DNA of 64,000 nucleotides, taken from Chitinophagaceae bacterium. Its GTDB lineage: Bacteria; Bacteroidota; Bacteroidia; Cytophagales; Cytophagaceae. Each line of letters opens with the position of its first letter. Positions within the stretch are counted from its first letter, which is position 1. Position numbers and translations under genes: made by a program. The stretch is from positions 92,134-156,133 of the forward strand of contig JAQBNU010000098.1 of the NCBI GenBank assembly GCA_028288365.1. The letters run 5' to 3'. Below the pieces are notes generated by a model. That model was given only the letters and a program-made list of their open reading frames with translations. It had not been told where the DNA came from and ran no database searches. Below, in pieces: positions 49,526 through 59,490 of this stretch.

Positions 49526-50995
49526 CTATCTTGTTTTTTGATATTCTCCTCTTCTAACTCTCCTGACAAGGCTTTTGATATTTAAATACCTATGATATGA
49601 CCTTTTAGCGATACCCATTGATTGAGCTAAGTGCCATCCTTGATCTGTTGTAAAAGAATCAGGCAGGGTTTTATGAAGTTCCGTTACTTTAGATGATACC
49701 CTATCTCTTACTTTTGTACCCGATATTATAGAATAAACCTTTATTGTAGAATTGTAGAAGTACTTCGCCAGTTTAATAGCTCCATTTACACTATCTAGGC
49801 TAATCTCTTTAATATCGCTTTCGTTACAGGCAAACTTTGACATTTCAAGTATTAGTGAGAATCTTAATATATAGATTTCCATTTTGCTGTGCAGCCCTTT
49901 AATAATTTCATCATCTGAATCATTTGCATCATCTGTATTTTCCACTTGCCATTGTTTTAATAGCTTCTTTGCATCTTCACCAAATCTCAATATCTCTGGT
50001 GTTATTACCCCCCTGTTATTAGTTTCAAGAGGGATCGTAAGAAGATTAGAGATGGCTTTAGTCCAAGCAGCTATTACAGCAGATGATACCTCTCTATCAT
50101 CCCAATAAGGTTTCTTTAGATTCTCTGGAATTGCAAAAAGTATTCTATCAATGAAGCCATTGTTGCTTCGACCTTCACCTGCTAACTCTTTTAAAACTTT
50201 ATTCTGAATTGTGCCTATTACTGAAACAGAAGAACTGGAAATATATATTGATTCTGCAGATACTCTGTCTACATTAATTGCCTTACCGCTCCAGCAACTC
50301 AACCAGAATTCCATCTCGCTACCACCTTTGTAACGGTTGAAATTTTTAAACCATCCAGCAAATTCATCGGCATATACACCAATTCCTTTTTGATTACCAT
50401 GGTGGATATTTGCCAGTGCTTCAGTTGTAAAATCTGTTATGATGATTTTCTTTCTAATCGGCTTTATTATCCTATTTTCTGAACCATCCTTTTTCTTTTT
50501 GGCAGTAGAAAACTCAATATCATAAACTTTTTTTAGCTCCTGGTATTCAAAATTATTGATTTCATCCTGTGCTAGTAATGGGGCAATAGCGAAGGATAAT
50601 GGGTGAGATTTATTAGTACCTGGGCTTCCAACAAGTGTTAAATACAACACAGAATTCTCATACCATCCATTTTTAAATTCAACCTTATGGGTATTCCCTG
50701 TGGCTACGGAAATAGCATAAAGAACGGATACACCTATAAAATCTATGGGGAAGTTTAGACAGGTGTTAGTTTCTGTTATGAAATCCTGAATACTTGGAGG
50801 AAACACTTCATAAGGAAATCCATTAGTATTGTATTTTTCCTCATGATCTTCGAAATCTTGTTCTGAATTCCAATTAATATACGTAGTCCTGTCAAAGGTT
50901 ATATTAAACGGATTGATCTTGGTCCCAAAGAGCCATTCATTATCCTTAACATGTCTGACATGATAAGTGTAATCGAGTGTCAAAGGCCTTAACAT
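49526..50995 (-). CDS. DUF3987-like P-loop protein (primase/helicase-associated) typical of Bacteroidota integrative elements
   Basis: Walker A-like LVGSPGTNKS. Position next to the HTH and integrase genes. Confidence 0.55.
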   Translation of the reverse strand: MLRPLTLDYTYHVRHVKDNEWLFGTKINPFNITFDRTTYINWNSEQDFEDHEEKYNTNGFPYEVFPPSIQDFITETNTCLNFPIDFIGVSVLYAISVATGNTHKVEFKNGWYENSVLYLTLVGSPGTNKSHPLSFAIAPLLAQDEINNFEYQELKKVYDIEFSTAKKKKDGSENRIIKPIRKKIIITDFTTEALANIHHGNQKGIGVYADEFAGWFKNFNRYKGGSEMEFWLSCWSGKAINVDRVSAESIYISSSSVSVIGTIQNKVLKELAGEGRSNNGFIDRILFAIPENLKKPYWDDREVSSAVIAAWTKAISNLLTIPLETNNRGVITPEILRFGEDAKKLLKQWQVENTDDANDSDDEIIKGLHSKMEIYILRFSLILEMSKFACNESDIKEISLDSVNGAIKLAKYFYNSTIKVYSIISGTKVRDRVSSKVTELHKTLPDSFTTDQGWHLAQSMGIAKRSYHRYLNIKSLVRRVRRGEYQKTR

Positions 50996-50998
50996 AAC

Positions 50999-51274
50999 CT
51001 ATGAGCGATTAGAGTTAAACAATGTCTCTAGTATCTCTGAACGCTTAAAATAGGTGCGGTTACCTAATTTGTACGGTCGCAGAATTCCTTTTTTTATCCA
51101 GTCGTGGATGCATACAAGTGACACCTCAAAAAGATCAGCAACATCCTTACGAGTTAGAATTTCTTTGACTTGTTCCTGTGTTTGTAGATTTGTTCTAAGA
51201 GTATCTTTTAGATTCTCGGAGATTTGATTTGCCAACTCTGTTGGTGTTACCTGAATAAATTGAATTGTAGACAT
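50999..51274 (-). CDS. Helix-turn-helix DNA-binding protein, excisionase-like
   Basis: C-terminal segment LTRKDVADLFEVSLVCIHDWIKKGILRPYKLGNRTYFKRSEI is MerR/excisionase-like. Adjacent to the integrase module. Confidence 0.65.
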   Translation of the reverse strand: MSTIQFIQVTPTELANQISENLKDTLRTNLQTQEQVKEILTRKDVADLFEVSLVCIHDWIKKGILRPYKLGNRTYFKRSEILETLFNSNRS

Positions 51275-51356
51275 AGCGAAATGTTTGATTTAAATTGTCT
51301 CGCTAAACTAGAGGGGGGAATATCGAGGGGGCAATTAAAAACACCCCCTATCTTAT

Positions 51357-52193
51357 TTATTTTAACTTATCTAAATACATCTGTATTAATGTATCGTCTA
51401 TTTTCTTTAAGTAATCTTCATTACTGAACTTTTTATAACAATCAATAGCGTTTACACCTGTTATTAAATACAATACCATACCCTGTATGTCTTTTTTGTC
51501 TTCAGTTATCTTGCCAAGTCTATAAAAAATTTCAGGACAAAATAATTGAAGTGCTTTTAGCCTCTGATCATTAGTGGGCATACTTTTACTTATTCTATTG
51601 TCTGTTTTTGTGTCTTCCGCATTTTTCTTTTTTGAATTATCTACAACTTCTTGTTCTTTCGCTGATAGTTTAAAATTAATTTTGTCTTTGAGCTCAATGG
51701 AAAAGTTTTCTAGTGAGATAATGAAGTCCTTAAAAAAAACAAGCCTATACTCCATACTTTTTTTAAAGTAGTCATTATACGGAAGCATTTTATAGAAAAA
51801 GTAACCTGGATCAACTCTGTTAACGTAATCTTTAATCCTCGAATTGAAATCCTCATAAATTGGAATCAAGTTTTGGGAAAAAAAATAAATTAACTCTCCA
51901 ATTGGTTTATGATGACTAACAGAAAAGTCCCATAATTGTGTATTGAGATTTTCTAAATATGCCAGTGTGAATTTGTCATTGTATTCAATGAGTTGAGAAA
52001 GATCTTCTTCTTCACTAAACAACTCTCTACCATATAAATCAGAATGCTTTTCTAAAATTTTAAATTTATCATCATTAGCAATTTCAAAATTCATGCAGTT
52101 ATCATCATACTCTTTTTTAATATGATTGCATAAGTAATAATCCCTGAAGCTTGTGATTTTCTTAATGTCCTCTATCTTCTCTTTAAAATTCAT
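51357..52193 (-). CDS. Hypothetical protein (278 aa), AT-rich, immediately downstream of the integrase
   Basis: ORF only. No motif. Confidence 0.4.
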   Translation of the reverse strand: MNFKEKIEDIKKITSFRDYYLCNHIKKEYDDNCMNFEIANDDKFKILEKHSDLYGRELFSEEEDLSQLIEYNDKFTLAYLENLNTQLWDFSVSHHKPIGELIYFFSQNLIPIYEDFNSRIKDYVNRVDPGYFFYKMLPYNDYFKKSMEYRLVFFKDFIISLENFSIELKDKINFKLSAKEQEVVDNSKKKNAEDTKTDNRISKSMPTNDQRLKALQLFCPEIFYRLGKITEDKKDIQGMVLYLITGVNAIDCYKKFSNEDYLKKIDDTLIQMYLDKLK

Positions 52194-52196
52194 AGC

Positions 52197-53465
52197 TTAA
52201 GCTTCTTTCTTTAATTGTATAGTTTCTGGTTCTTTCTCCCATACATCTGTAAATACATTTAAGTGTGCGTTTTCTTGTTCTCCTATGTATTCTAAGAATT
52301 GTTTCTCTGTTGAATGACCTGTAACCGCCATTATCACTTTATTTGATAGATCACTGTAGTGGTTTGTCGCAAAAGATCTACGGCAGGTATGAGAACGGAT
52401 AAGTTCCCATTTAGGAAAGGTTCCCACCTTCTTGCGTTTGGTTTCTTTGTCTATTTTAGAACCAAAGACTTCATTGGTTAGTCCTATAAGCTTACATACT
52501 TCTTTTATATATTTATTAAAATTGACATCAGATATTTTTCTTGGGAATCCATTTAAACGTCCTAGTATTTCAATTACATCTGGATGCAAAGGAATATCTA
52601 CTGTTTTATTGGTTTTGTTCTGAGTGTATCGTATGAAGTCTTTTCCTTTAGGATCTTTTAGAATTTTATGAGAATCAAGACTAGTCAAATCTCCTATTCG
52701 GCATCCTGTCCAACATCCAATAATTAACCAATCTTTTGCGTTCACTAAATAGTCTGGGCCAGTGAATTGTTTGATAACCTCTAATTCATTTTTTGTCAGA
52801 GTCACAAAATCGCTTTTTTCAGAGATAGATTCAAATCTCTTTGAAATAGCTTGTTCATTTATTTGTATGCCTTTGTCTTTTGCATCAAAACAAACTGTTT
52901 TAATCTGTCTTAAGTCTTTTCCAATGCTGTTTATTGATAACCCTAATTCAATATTTGCATAGCGTGTATAGTCACTATGAAAAGTTAAATCTATATCATG
53001 TATATGTAATGGTTTGTTCTTATAGGTTTCGTATTTCTTTAACCTCTGTATAGTGGTGTCGTAGCATTTCAACGTAAGAGGAGAGGGTTTATTGATTCTT
53101 TCCTGGAGAGATTTCTTTTTCAACTCCATGAGGTATATAAATTCATTGGATTTGCCTTTTACCCTATTGTGAAATAGGTCAATCATATTTTTTAACCATT
53201 CATGAGTCAATTCTTTTCCTTGAAGTTTTGTGCTTTGGATATTATCAGATAGTAATGCCCTTAAATCGCCTAATCTTTTGGTTAGATTAAGTTTTTCAGT
53301 GAATTCTGCTGTTTGCCTGACTTCTCCCTTTTTTGAACTCCAATATTTAGAATCTATTAATAGATCAGTAGGAATTTTGATGTCGGTTTTCCTTCCATCC
53401 CTAATGCGTACATAGATTTGAGACAATGCTCCTTTGCTTCGTACTAAAAAGTTGATTGTTGCCAT
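52197..53465 (-). CDS. int: Site-specific tyrosine recombinase/integrase (Bacteroidota phage-integrase family with N-terminal arm-binding domain)
   Basis: N-terminal MATINFLVRSKGALSQIYVRIRDGRK arm-DNA-binding-like domain. C-terminal catalytic region HTCRRSFATNHY...GHST. Lies ~200 bp inside attR. Confidence 0.85.
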   Translation of the reverse strand: MATINFLVRSKGALSQIYVRIRDGRKTDIKIPTDLLIDSKYWSSKKGEVRQTAEFTEKLNLTKRLGDLRALLSDNIQSTKLQGKELTHEWLKNMIDLFHNRVKGKSNEFIYLMELKKKSLQERINKPSPLTLKCYDTTIQRLKKYETYKNKPLHIHDIDLTFHSDYTRYANIELGLSINSIGKDLRQIKTVCFDAKDKGIQINEQAISKRFESISEKSDFVTLTKNELEVIKQFTGPDYLVNAKDWLIIGCWTGCRIGDLTSLDSHKILKDPKGKDFIRYTQNKTNKTVDIPLHPDVIEILGRLNGFPRKISDVNFNKYIKEVCKLIGLTNEVFGSKIDKETKRKKVGTFPKWELIRSHTCRRSFATNHYSDLSNKVIMAVTGHSTEKQFLEYIGEQENAHLNVFTDVWEKEPETIQLKKEA

Positions 53466-53968
53466 ATCTTCTTGATCTTATATGAAGATAAGCAATTAAT
53501 TTTATTTGGCCCACATTTGGCCCACATTTTTATAACTTATCCTAATTTGAACTTACCTATGTTAATCTAAAAAATGATTTAATGTATTGTTAATCATTAG
53601 TTATAGGTAATTTTGACTTGATATTGACAAGATAAAAAATTGTACTAATTAAAGGGTTATAGTCCTGACGAGGTCACTTATTAAGCACTTAAACCACTGT
53701 TTTACAGTGGTTTTTTTGTTTTTATAAAAGAGGCGATCTGAAGTCTGCTTTTTTGTGTACAGGTTTAAATTTCTTTGTGCTAACTTGCATGCCGGTTGCC
53801 ATTTCTAATCTACCCATAGGAATTTTATTCAGAAGATAGAAAGGTAATTTAAGTACAACAAGACTATAAATTTTCCGCTCATTTTTAGTTAACCGATCAA
53901 TTGGCGATTTAACTTTTAAGCTTTGATTCATTGAACATAAATCATAACAACTAAACACATAAATAAAC

Positions 53969-55870
53969 ATGGGAAATTTATTTTTGAATTATTGGTGGGT
54001 GTTACTACTTATACTTAGTGTCGTATTGTATAAATACATACTTCGTTTTTTATTTGGTATGGTCATCGTACCAGAAGATCGCATTGGTCTTGTCACAAAA
54101 AGATTTGTTTTGTTTGGTGAGAATAAAGAATTGCCCGACGGTCGCATCATAGCAACCAAAGGGGAAGCGGGTTTTCAAGCCAAAACGTTAGCGCCTGGAT
54201 TGTATTTTGCTAAATGGGTTTGGCAATACGATGTGACGATGGAATTGTTTACCGTAATCCCGGAAGGGAAAATCGGATTGATTCTTTCTAGAGATGGAGC
54301 AGAAATTCCTACCGGAAATATTCTAGGTAAAAATATAGACAGTGATAATTTTCAGGATGCTTCCAAATTTTTAGTAAACGGTGGTCAGAAGGGAAGGCAA
54401 TCTACATACATTACTGCAGGTTCATACCGTATCAACACCTTGTTGTTTCAGGTATCTACGACTGACATGGTGCGCATACAGGAAAGTATGGTAGGCATTG
54501 TTACTACATTGGATGGTATGCCTATTGAAGCCGGTCAAATAGCCGGTAAGTTGGTAGAGTCGCACAATAATTTTCAGGACTTTGACAGTTTTATTACCAA
54601 TGGAGGTAATCGTGGATTACAACCGCAGGTTATCTTAGCAGGTTCCTACAACCTGAATCCATGGGCAATTCAGATGGAAGAGACTCCGATGACGGAGATT
54701 CCGATTGGATTTGTCGGTGTGGTCATTTCATACATTGGTCAGGAAGGTCATGACCTGACAGGTGTAGATTTCAAACATGGCAACATTGTAGAAAAAGGAT
54801 ACAAAGGCGTATGGCTTGAACCGCTTGGTCCGGGTAAATACCCGATCAATAAATACATCATGAAAGTAGAATTAGTACCTACTACGAATCTTGTGTTGAA
54901 CTGGGCTTCCGCGAGAAGTGAAGCGCATAATTTGGATAAAAATCTTTCTACGATCACCGTGCGTTCGAAAGATGGATTCCCTTTCAACCTAGATGTCGCG
55001 CAGATCATACACGTGCCCACTACTGAAGCACCTAAAGTGATTGCACGATTTGGAAACATGGTCAATCTTGTTTCACAGGTATTGGAACCGACGATCGGTA
55101 ACTACTTCCGTAACTCTGCTCAGGACAGTGACGTAATTGCGTTCCTCTCTACTCGTAAAGAGAGACAGGAGTCTGCAAAGGCACACATCAAAAAAGTATT
55201 GGACGAGTACAATGTAAATGCAGTAGATACCTTGATAGGAGATATCGTTCCTCCTGAATCGTTGATGAAAACGCTGACCGATCGTAAGATTGCGGAAGAG
55301 CAAAAAGTAACGTACGATACGCAAAAGAAAGCGCAGGAAACTCGTCAGGGCATGGAGAAAGAAACAGCCATTGCTGACATGCAAAAGGATATTGTAAAAG
55401 CACAGCAAAGTGTGGAGATCGCAGAGCGTACGGCAAATGCTACAGTAAAAAAAGCAGAAGGTGATGCAGCTGGTGTAAAATTAGCGGTAGGTGCAGAAGC
55501 AGAAGCCACGAAGTTACGTGCTCATGCAGAAGCAGAGTCTACGAAAGCCAGAGCACAAGCAGATTCAGAAGCAATTAAATTAAAAGCATCTGCACAGGCT
55601 GAGCAAATTTCATTGACAGGTAGTGCAGAAGCAGGAAAAATTCTTGCCATAGGAAAATCTACTGCTGAAGCTTATGAATTAGCGGTGAAAGCATTGGGTG
55701 GAGAAAACTTTACACGTTATAAAATTACGGAAGAGTTGTCAAGAGGAAATGTCAAATTAATTCCAGATGTGTTGATAGGAGGGAATGGGAATGGCGGCGC
55801 TATGGAAGGATTGCTAGGATTGAAACTCATGGAGATCATGGATCCTGATAAAAACAAAAATAAAAAATAA
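53969..55870 (+). CDS. Flotillin / SPFH (band 7) family protein
   Basis: N-terminal TM helix, SPFH-like core, and a long Ala/Glu/Lys-rich coiled-coil C-terminus (AEAEATKLRAHAEAESTKARAQADSEAIKLKAS). Confidence 0.75.
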   Translation: MGNLFLNYWWVLLLILSVVLYKYILRFLFGMVIVPEDRIGLVTKRFVLFGENKELPDGRIIATKGEAGFQAKTLAPGLYFAKWVWQYDVTMELFTVIPEGKIGLILSRDGAEIPTGNILGKNIDSDNFQDASKFLVNGGQKGRQSTYITAGSYRINTLLFQVSTTDMVRIQESMVGIVTTLDGMPIEAGQIAGKLVESHNNFQDFDSFITNGGNRGLQPQVILAGSYNLNPWAIQMEETPMTEIPIGFVGVVISYIGQEGHDLTGVDFKHGNIVEKGYKGVWLEPLGPGKYPINKYIMKVELVPTTNLVLNWASARSEAHNLDKNLSTITVRSKDGFPFNLDVAQIIHVPTTEAPKVIARFGNMVNLVSQVLEPTIGNYFRNSAQDSDVIAFLSTRKERQESAKAHIKKVLDEYNVNAVDTLIGDIVPPESLMKTLTDRKIAEEQKVTYDTQKKAQETRQGMEKETAIADMQKDIVKAQQSVEIAERTANATVKKAEGDAAGVKLAVGAEAEATKLRAHAEAESTKARAQADSEAIKLKASAQAEQISLTGSAEAGKILAIGKSTAEAYELAVKALGGENFTRYKITEELSRGNVKLIPDVLIGGNGNGGAMEGLLGLKLMEIMDPDKNKNKK

Positions 55871-55892
55871 CCGAATTTTTGTCGAAGCACTT

Positions 55893-55934
55893 AAACAAAG
55901 AAGCATCCATGATTTCATGGATGCTTCTTTGTTT
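55893..55934. terminator. Bidirectional rho-independent terminator (19-bp perfect stem)
   Basis: AAACAAAGAAGCATCCATGA-ttt-CATGGATGCTTCTTTGTTT between convergent genes, flanked by T-runs on both strands. Confidence 0.85.
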
Positions 55935-56747
55935 TTATTTAGTAGGTGTTTTTTGAAACTCTTCTTTGTATCCGGTTGGAATACTAAAGTCGGCTATATT
56001 TTGTTGTTGTTCTTTGATCTCTACGACTTGCATCGTAAAGTGTATTTCTTTTGAGGTGCTTTCTATTTTCAAAGGGATGCCTTCTATTTGATCCATGTAC
56101 AAACTGTGCTCTTTGCCAAGAGACATTTTTTTCATTTGATCAGTGAGATTTTTCAATTCAGTTGTTGCCCATACATTCATGCTTCTTTCACCATCTTTGA
56201 CAATGTATTTCGTACAGGTATGTCCCAGTACAATTTTTGTTTCGGTAGTTTTAGTTACTGTTGCGGTACTTTTCTTTTGTTCTCCTTTGGGAAGCACTCG
56301 ATATGTTTTCCTATCTCTGTGAAGTTGGTAAGATTGGTCTTTGTCTTTCAAGTACAAGACATCTCCTGTTAGAGCAGCGGCACCGCCTATCATGCTAAAG
56401 AGACTGTTGCCATTTTTAAAAGAAACAATCGCTTCTTTAGGAAGGAGATTGTCTTTGTTTGCGCTGCTTGATGCTGCCATCATCGCATCCATTTGAGCCT
56501 TTAGTTGTGGATTACCTTCTACCATTTTTTTAAATTCAGGATCATTCATTTTATCTTTCATGACCTGCATTTGAGCTTTCATTTCCGGAGAGTTCATCTT
56601 TTCATTCATCTCAGCCATCTTCGCGTTGTTGGCTTCTCCTAAGTCAATGGTAAAAGAGTATTTAATATAACCCTCAAAATTTTGAGCGATGACTGTTTGC
56701 GAAAAAACAGCAACAAGTGTAAGCAAGCCAAAAAAACTTTTTTTCAT
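55935..56747 (-). CDS. Hypothetical secreted protein (possibly DUF4412-like)
   Basis: Signal peptide MKKSFFGLLTLVAVFSQTVIAQ. Met/Lys-rich repeats. Confidence 0.45.
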   Translation of the reverse strand: MKKSFFGLLTLVAVFSQTVIAQNFEGYIKYSFTIDLGEANNAKMAEMNEKMNSPEMKAQMQVMKDKMNDPEFKKMVEGNPQLKAQMDAMMAASSSANKDNLLPKEAIVSFKNGNSLFSMIGGAAALTGDVLYLKDKDQSYQLHRDRKTYRVLPKGEQKKSTATVTKTTETKIVLGHTCTKYIVKDGERSMNVWATTELKNLTDQMKKMSLGKEHSLYMDQIEGIPLKIESTSKEIHFTMQVVEIKEQQQNIADFSIPTGYKEEFQKTPTK

Positions 56748-56776
56748 AATGAATTAAAATGAGAAAGGTGTTGTGA

Positions 56777-59308
56777 TTATTCAGTAGTAATAAATTCGAT
56801 TCTACGGTTATGAATGTCGTCTTCTGGATTTCCAGATGCATCCACTGCCTTTACTTCTGTTGTAAGCCTTGAAGCATCTATTCCTTGTTGGGTCAATATT
56901 TTTTGTACCGTTGCTAAACGTGCTTCCGCTATTTCCTTGGTGAGGAATGAAGCTCCACTCAGGTCTGCATAAGCTACCAGTTTTACTTTTGTTTGTGGAT
57001 AGGTTTGCAATACTTCTACCATTTCCATGACACGTTGTGTAGAGTACAAGGTCAGTGACGAAGTGACATGAAAGATAAAATGAACTTTTGGTTTGAGCAA
57101 GGCTTCGGTCTTTGGTTGTTGAATAGGAAGGTAATATTTTTTTCCTCTTCTGTATTCTACACCAGAGTAAAAAGAAGTGCGCGTATCCTGCGACTCTGTA
57201 TTCCCAAGATTTTCTTCTTTAGGAAGGGTCTCGAAATGTTGCTTGGCTTCGGTTGTTCTCCCACTGGCGGTGATTTCTCCGGTGAATTCGTTTTTATATT
57301 TGATTGTCGTGTTTTTATAATTGGTAATGGTATTGAAATTATCGTCAATGATTTTTAGCTCTGTTCTACGGTTCAATTGTCGACCTTCATCGGTATCATT
57401 GCTTTCAATCGGTTTGCTTTCACCGTATCCTTTCGCTACCAGACTTGCTTTAGGAATACCTTTTTTAATCAGGTAGGAGACAACGGCTTTGGCACGCTTG
57501 TCAGATAGCCTTTCATTGTATCGGTCACTACCAAAGGCATCTGTGTGTCCCGAAAGTTCCACTTTTAACTCCGGATATTTGATGAGAAAGGCATAGAGGT
57601 TTTCCAATTCAGCTGTCGATTCACTGCGCAAGGTGGCTTTGTCAAAGTCAAAGAAAATGTTGTTGAGTACAACGGACAATCCTTCTTTCAATGGTTGTAG
57701 ATAAATGTCTTTTTTAATTTCCTGACTGGCAATCTTTAGATCTATGTGTATGCTGGTCGATTGAAAGAGATGTCCTTCAGACTCTGCGGTAATAGAGTAG
57801 TTGGTACCATTGGGTAATTTCAGTTCATAATAACCTGTTGTATCGGATGTAAAGACGCCAATCAATTTGTTGTTGTCCATGTCTTTTACAGTGATGGTTG
57901 ATTTCAACGGTAAACGAGTTTCTTCGTCGTAAACATTTCCTTTCACCACCACCTGATTGGGTTTATGAATGACATACAAATCTTTTTCTCCGTATGAGTC
58001 GTCTCTCCAGGAAGAGAAATAACCTTTGTTACCGTCCGCTGACCAAATGAAATAAATGTCATCATCGGCTGTATTGATGGGGTAGCCGGCATTTACAGGT
58101 GCAGCCCATTCTTCCGTAGAATCTGTAAGTGGAGTAAGAGTAGAAGTAAAAATATCAAATCCTCCCATCGTGTTGTGACCTCTTGAACTGAAGAACAATG
58201 TTTTTTTATCCGGATGAATATATGGTGCGTCTTCATCAAACTCTGTATTCACCTTTGGTCCCAGGTTTACGGCTTCACCCCATGTACTGTCATCTTCGTT
58301 GCGCTTGATGATGTAAATGTCTGTGCCTCCATATCCACCAGGGCGATTGCTGGAGACAAAGATTGTTTTTTCATCATTAGTCAATGAAGCACTGGGTTCC
58401 CAGTATTCTGTATTGATGGGACTTTCCATCTTTTTGGGTTTGGACCAACCGGTTTCCTTTAAAGTACTCAGGTATATATCTCCGGATTGTTTGCGGGAAA
58501 ATTCAGCCCGGTAAATAAAAAGTTTTTTGCCATCCGGAGAGAGCCCAACACTGGCGTCATGTTCAGGAGTATTCACTTGCGTTCCTAGGTCTTTAGGTTC
58601 CGTCCATTGACCGGTAGCAGAATCTTTTGTGGAGATGTATACATCCTCAAAGTAATGGTTGTCGTGAGGATCTTTATTACCACCTGTCGTATTGGGTCTG
58701 CGTGAGGTAAAAATCAATTCGGTTTCATCGGCCGATACGACCGGTACATAATCGGGATACTTAGAGTTGATGATTGGTCCCATGTTTTCTATGACCAATG
58801 TAAGCGAATCGGCTACTAGTTTTTTCCCTGTTTCACACATCGCAATGTAGCGGTTCACATTGGTTTTGATTTCATTCATGTCTTGTTCTCCTCTGCTCAG
58901 TTCTTCCTCGTCGACTTCTGTTTTTTTCTTGCCACTGCTATCGGGTGTGTATCTTCTATATGCTGTGATGGCTTCGTCAAATCTGTGGTTGAGATGCAGT
59001 GAGCGAGCCAGGTAGAGATCAATGTCTGGTCCTTCGTAATCAGCGCGTTTTGCTTTTTGAAAATAAGGAAGTGATTTTGTTTTTTGCTCTGTGTTAAAAA
59101 TGCAATACCCTATTCTGTAATTGGTCTTCCCTACATTAGGCTGCATGCTGTCGAGCTGCTTATAGTATTTCAACGCATTGGCGAAATCATCGATTCTATA
59201 ATGCTCATCTGCCAGACCCTCGATTTTCTTGGCAGAAAGTTTGTTTTTTTGAGCAAATGAAATGAATGAAAGCAACAGGCAAAAAACGATGGTGTATAAA
59301 AATCTCAT
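56777..59308 (-). CDS. OmpA-family protein with N-terminal TPR-like region, TolB-like beta-propeller repeats and C-terminal OmpA domain(s)
   Basis: OmpA_C motif (NIFFDFDKATLR...LSGHTDAFGSDRYNERLSDKRAKAV). PD40/TolB-like repeats. Confidence 0.75.
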   Translation of the reverse strand: MRFLYTIVFCLLLSFISFAQKNKLSAKKIEGLADEHYRIDDFANALKYYKQLDSMQPNVGKTNYRIGYCIFNTEQKTKSLPYFQKAKRADYEGPDIDLYLARSLHLNHRFDEAITAYRRYTPDSSGKKKTEVDEEELSRGEQDMNEIKTNVNRYIAMCETGKKLVADSLTLVIENMGPIINSKYPDYVPVVSADETELIFTSRRPNTTGGNKDPHDNHYFEDVYISTKDSATGQWTEPKDLGTQVNTPEHDASVGLSPDGKKLFIYRAEFSRKQSGDIYLSTLKETGWSKPKKMESPINTEYWEPSASLTNDEKTIFVSSNRPGGYGGTDIYIIKRNEDDSTWGEAVNLGPKVNTEFDEDAPYIHPDKKTLFFSSRGHNTMGGFDIFTSTLTPLTDSTEEWAAPVNAGYPINTADDDIYFIWSADGNKGYFSSWRDDSYGEKDLYVIHKPNQVVVKGNVYDEETRLPLKSTITVKDMDNNKLIGVFTSDTTGYYELKLPNGTNYSITAESEGHLFQSTSIHIDLKIASQEIKKDIYLQPLKEGLSVVLNNIFFDFDKATLRSESTAELENLYAFLIKYPELKVELSGHTDAFGSDRYNERLSDKRAKAVVSYLIKKGIPKASLVAKGYGESKPIESNDTDEGRQLNRRTELKIIDDNFNTITNYKNTTIKYKNEFTGEITASGRTTEAKQHFETLPKEENLGNTESQDTRTSFYSGVEYRRGKKYYLPIQQPKTEALLKPKVHFIFHVTSSLTLYSTQRVMEMVEVLQTYPQTKVKLVAYADLSGASFLTKEIAEARLATVQKILTQQGIDASRLTTEVKAVDASGNPEDDIHNRRIEFITTE

Positions 59309-59436
59309 TGTCTTCGGGTTAAGTCTCTATGATAATATACGATTTGTTATAGAAAAGAAAAACTTTTCCATAAGTTTTCAACAGTTCGTTTCAATGACAC
59401 GAAAAGTATTATAGGGTTTAACGAAGGACAAAAAAT

Positions 59437-59467
59437 AAGACCAACGTATTCGTTGGTCTTATTTTTT
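59437..59467 (-). terminator. Rho-independent terminator downstream of cysN
   Basis: AAGACCAACG-tatt-CGTTGGTCTT with flanking A/T runs. Confidence 0.7.
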
Positions 59468-59490
59468 AAAGAGATGAAAAAGAGAAAGGC

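Larger units (their letters stand above)
34146..53721. mobile_element. ~19.6-kb integrative genomic island inserted at the 3' end of tRNA-Arg, bounded by imperfect ~59-bp direct repeats (attL 34146-34204, attR 53663-53721)
   Basis: The repeat TCCTGACGAGGTCACT[G/T]ATTAAGCACTTAAACCACTG...CAGTGGTTTTTTTGTTT is present at both ends. The left copy includes the last 14 nt of the tRNA. A tyrosine integrase sits just inside the right end, with excisionase-like HTH and DUF3987 genes next to it. Island DNA is AT-rich with a pseudogene remnant. Sub-terminal CCACATTTGGCCCACA repeats lie at 34209-34230 and 53504-53528. Confidence 0.8.

Noticed and set aside
53722-53970. 82-aa minus-strand ORF immediately after attR
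   Set aside because: It lies in the flotillin promoter region adjacent to the att repeat, has no motifs, and its frame ends exactly where the flotillin gene starts. Likely spurious.
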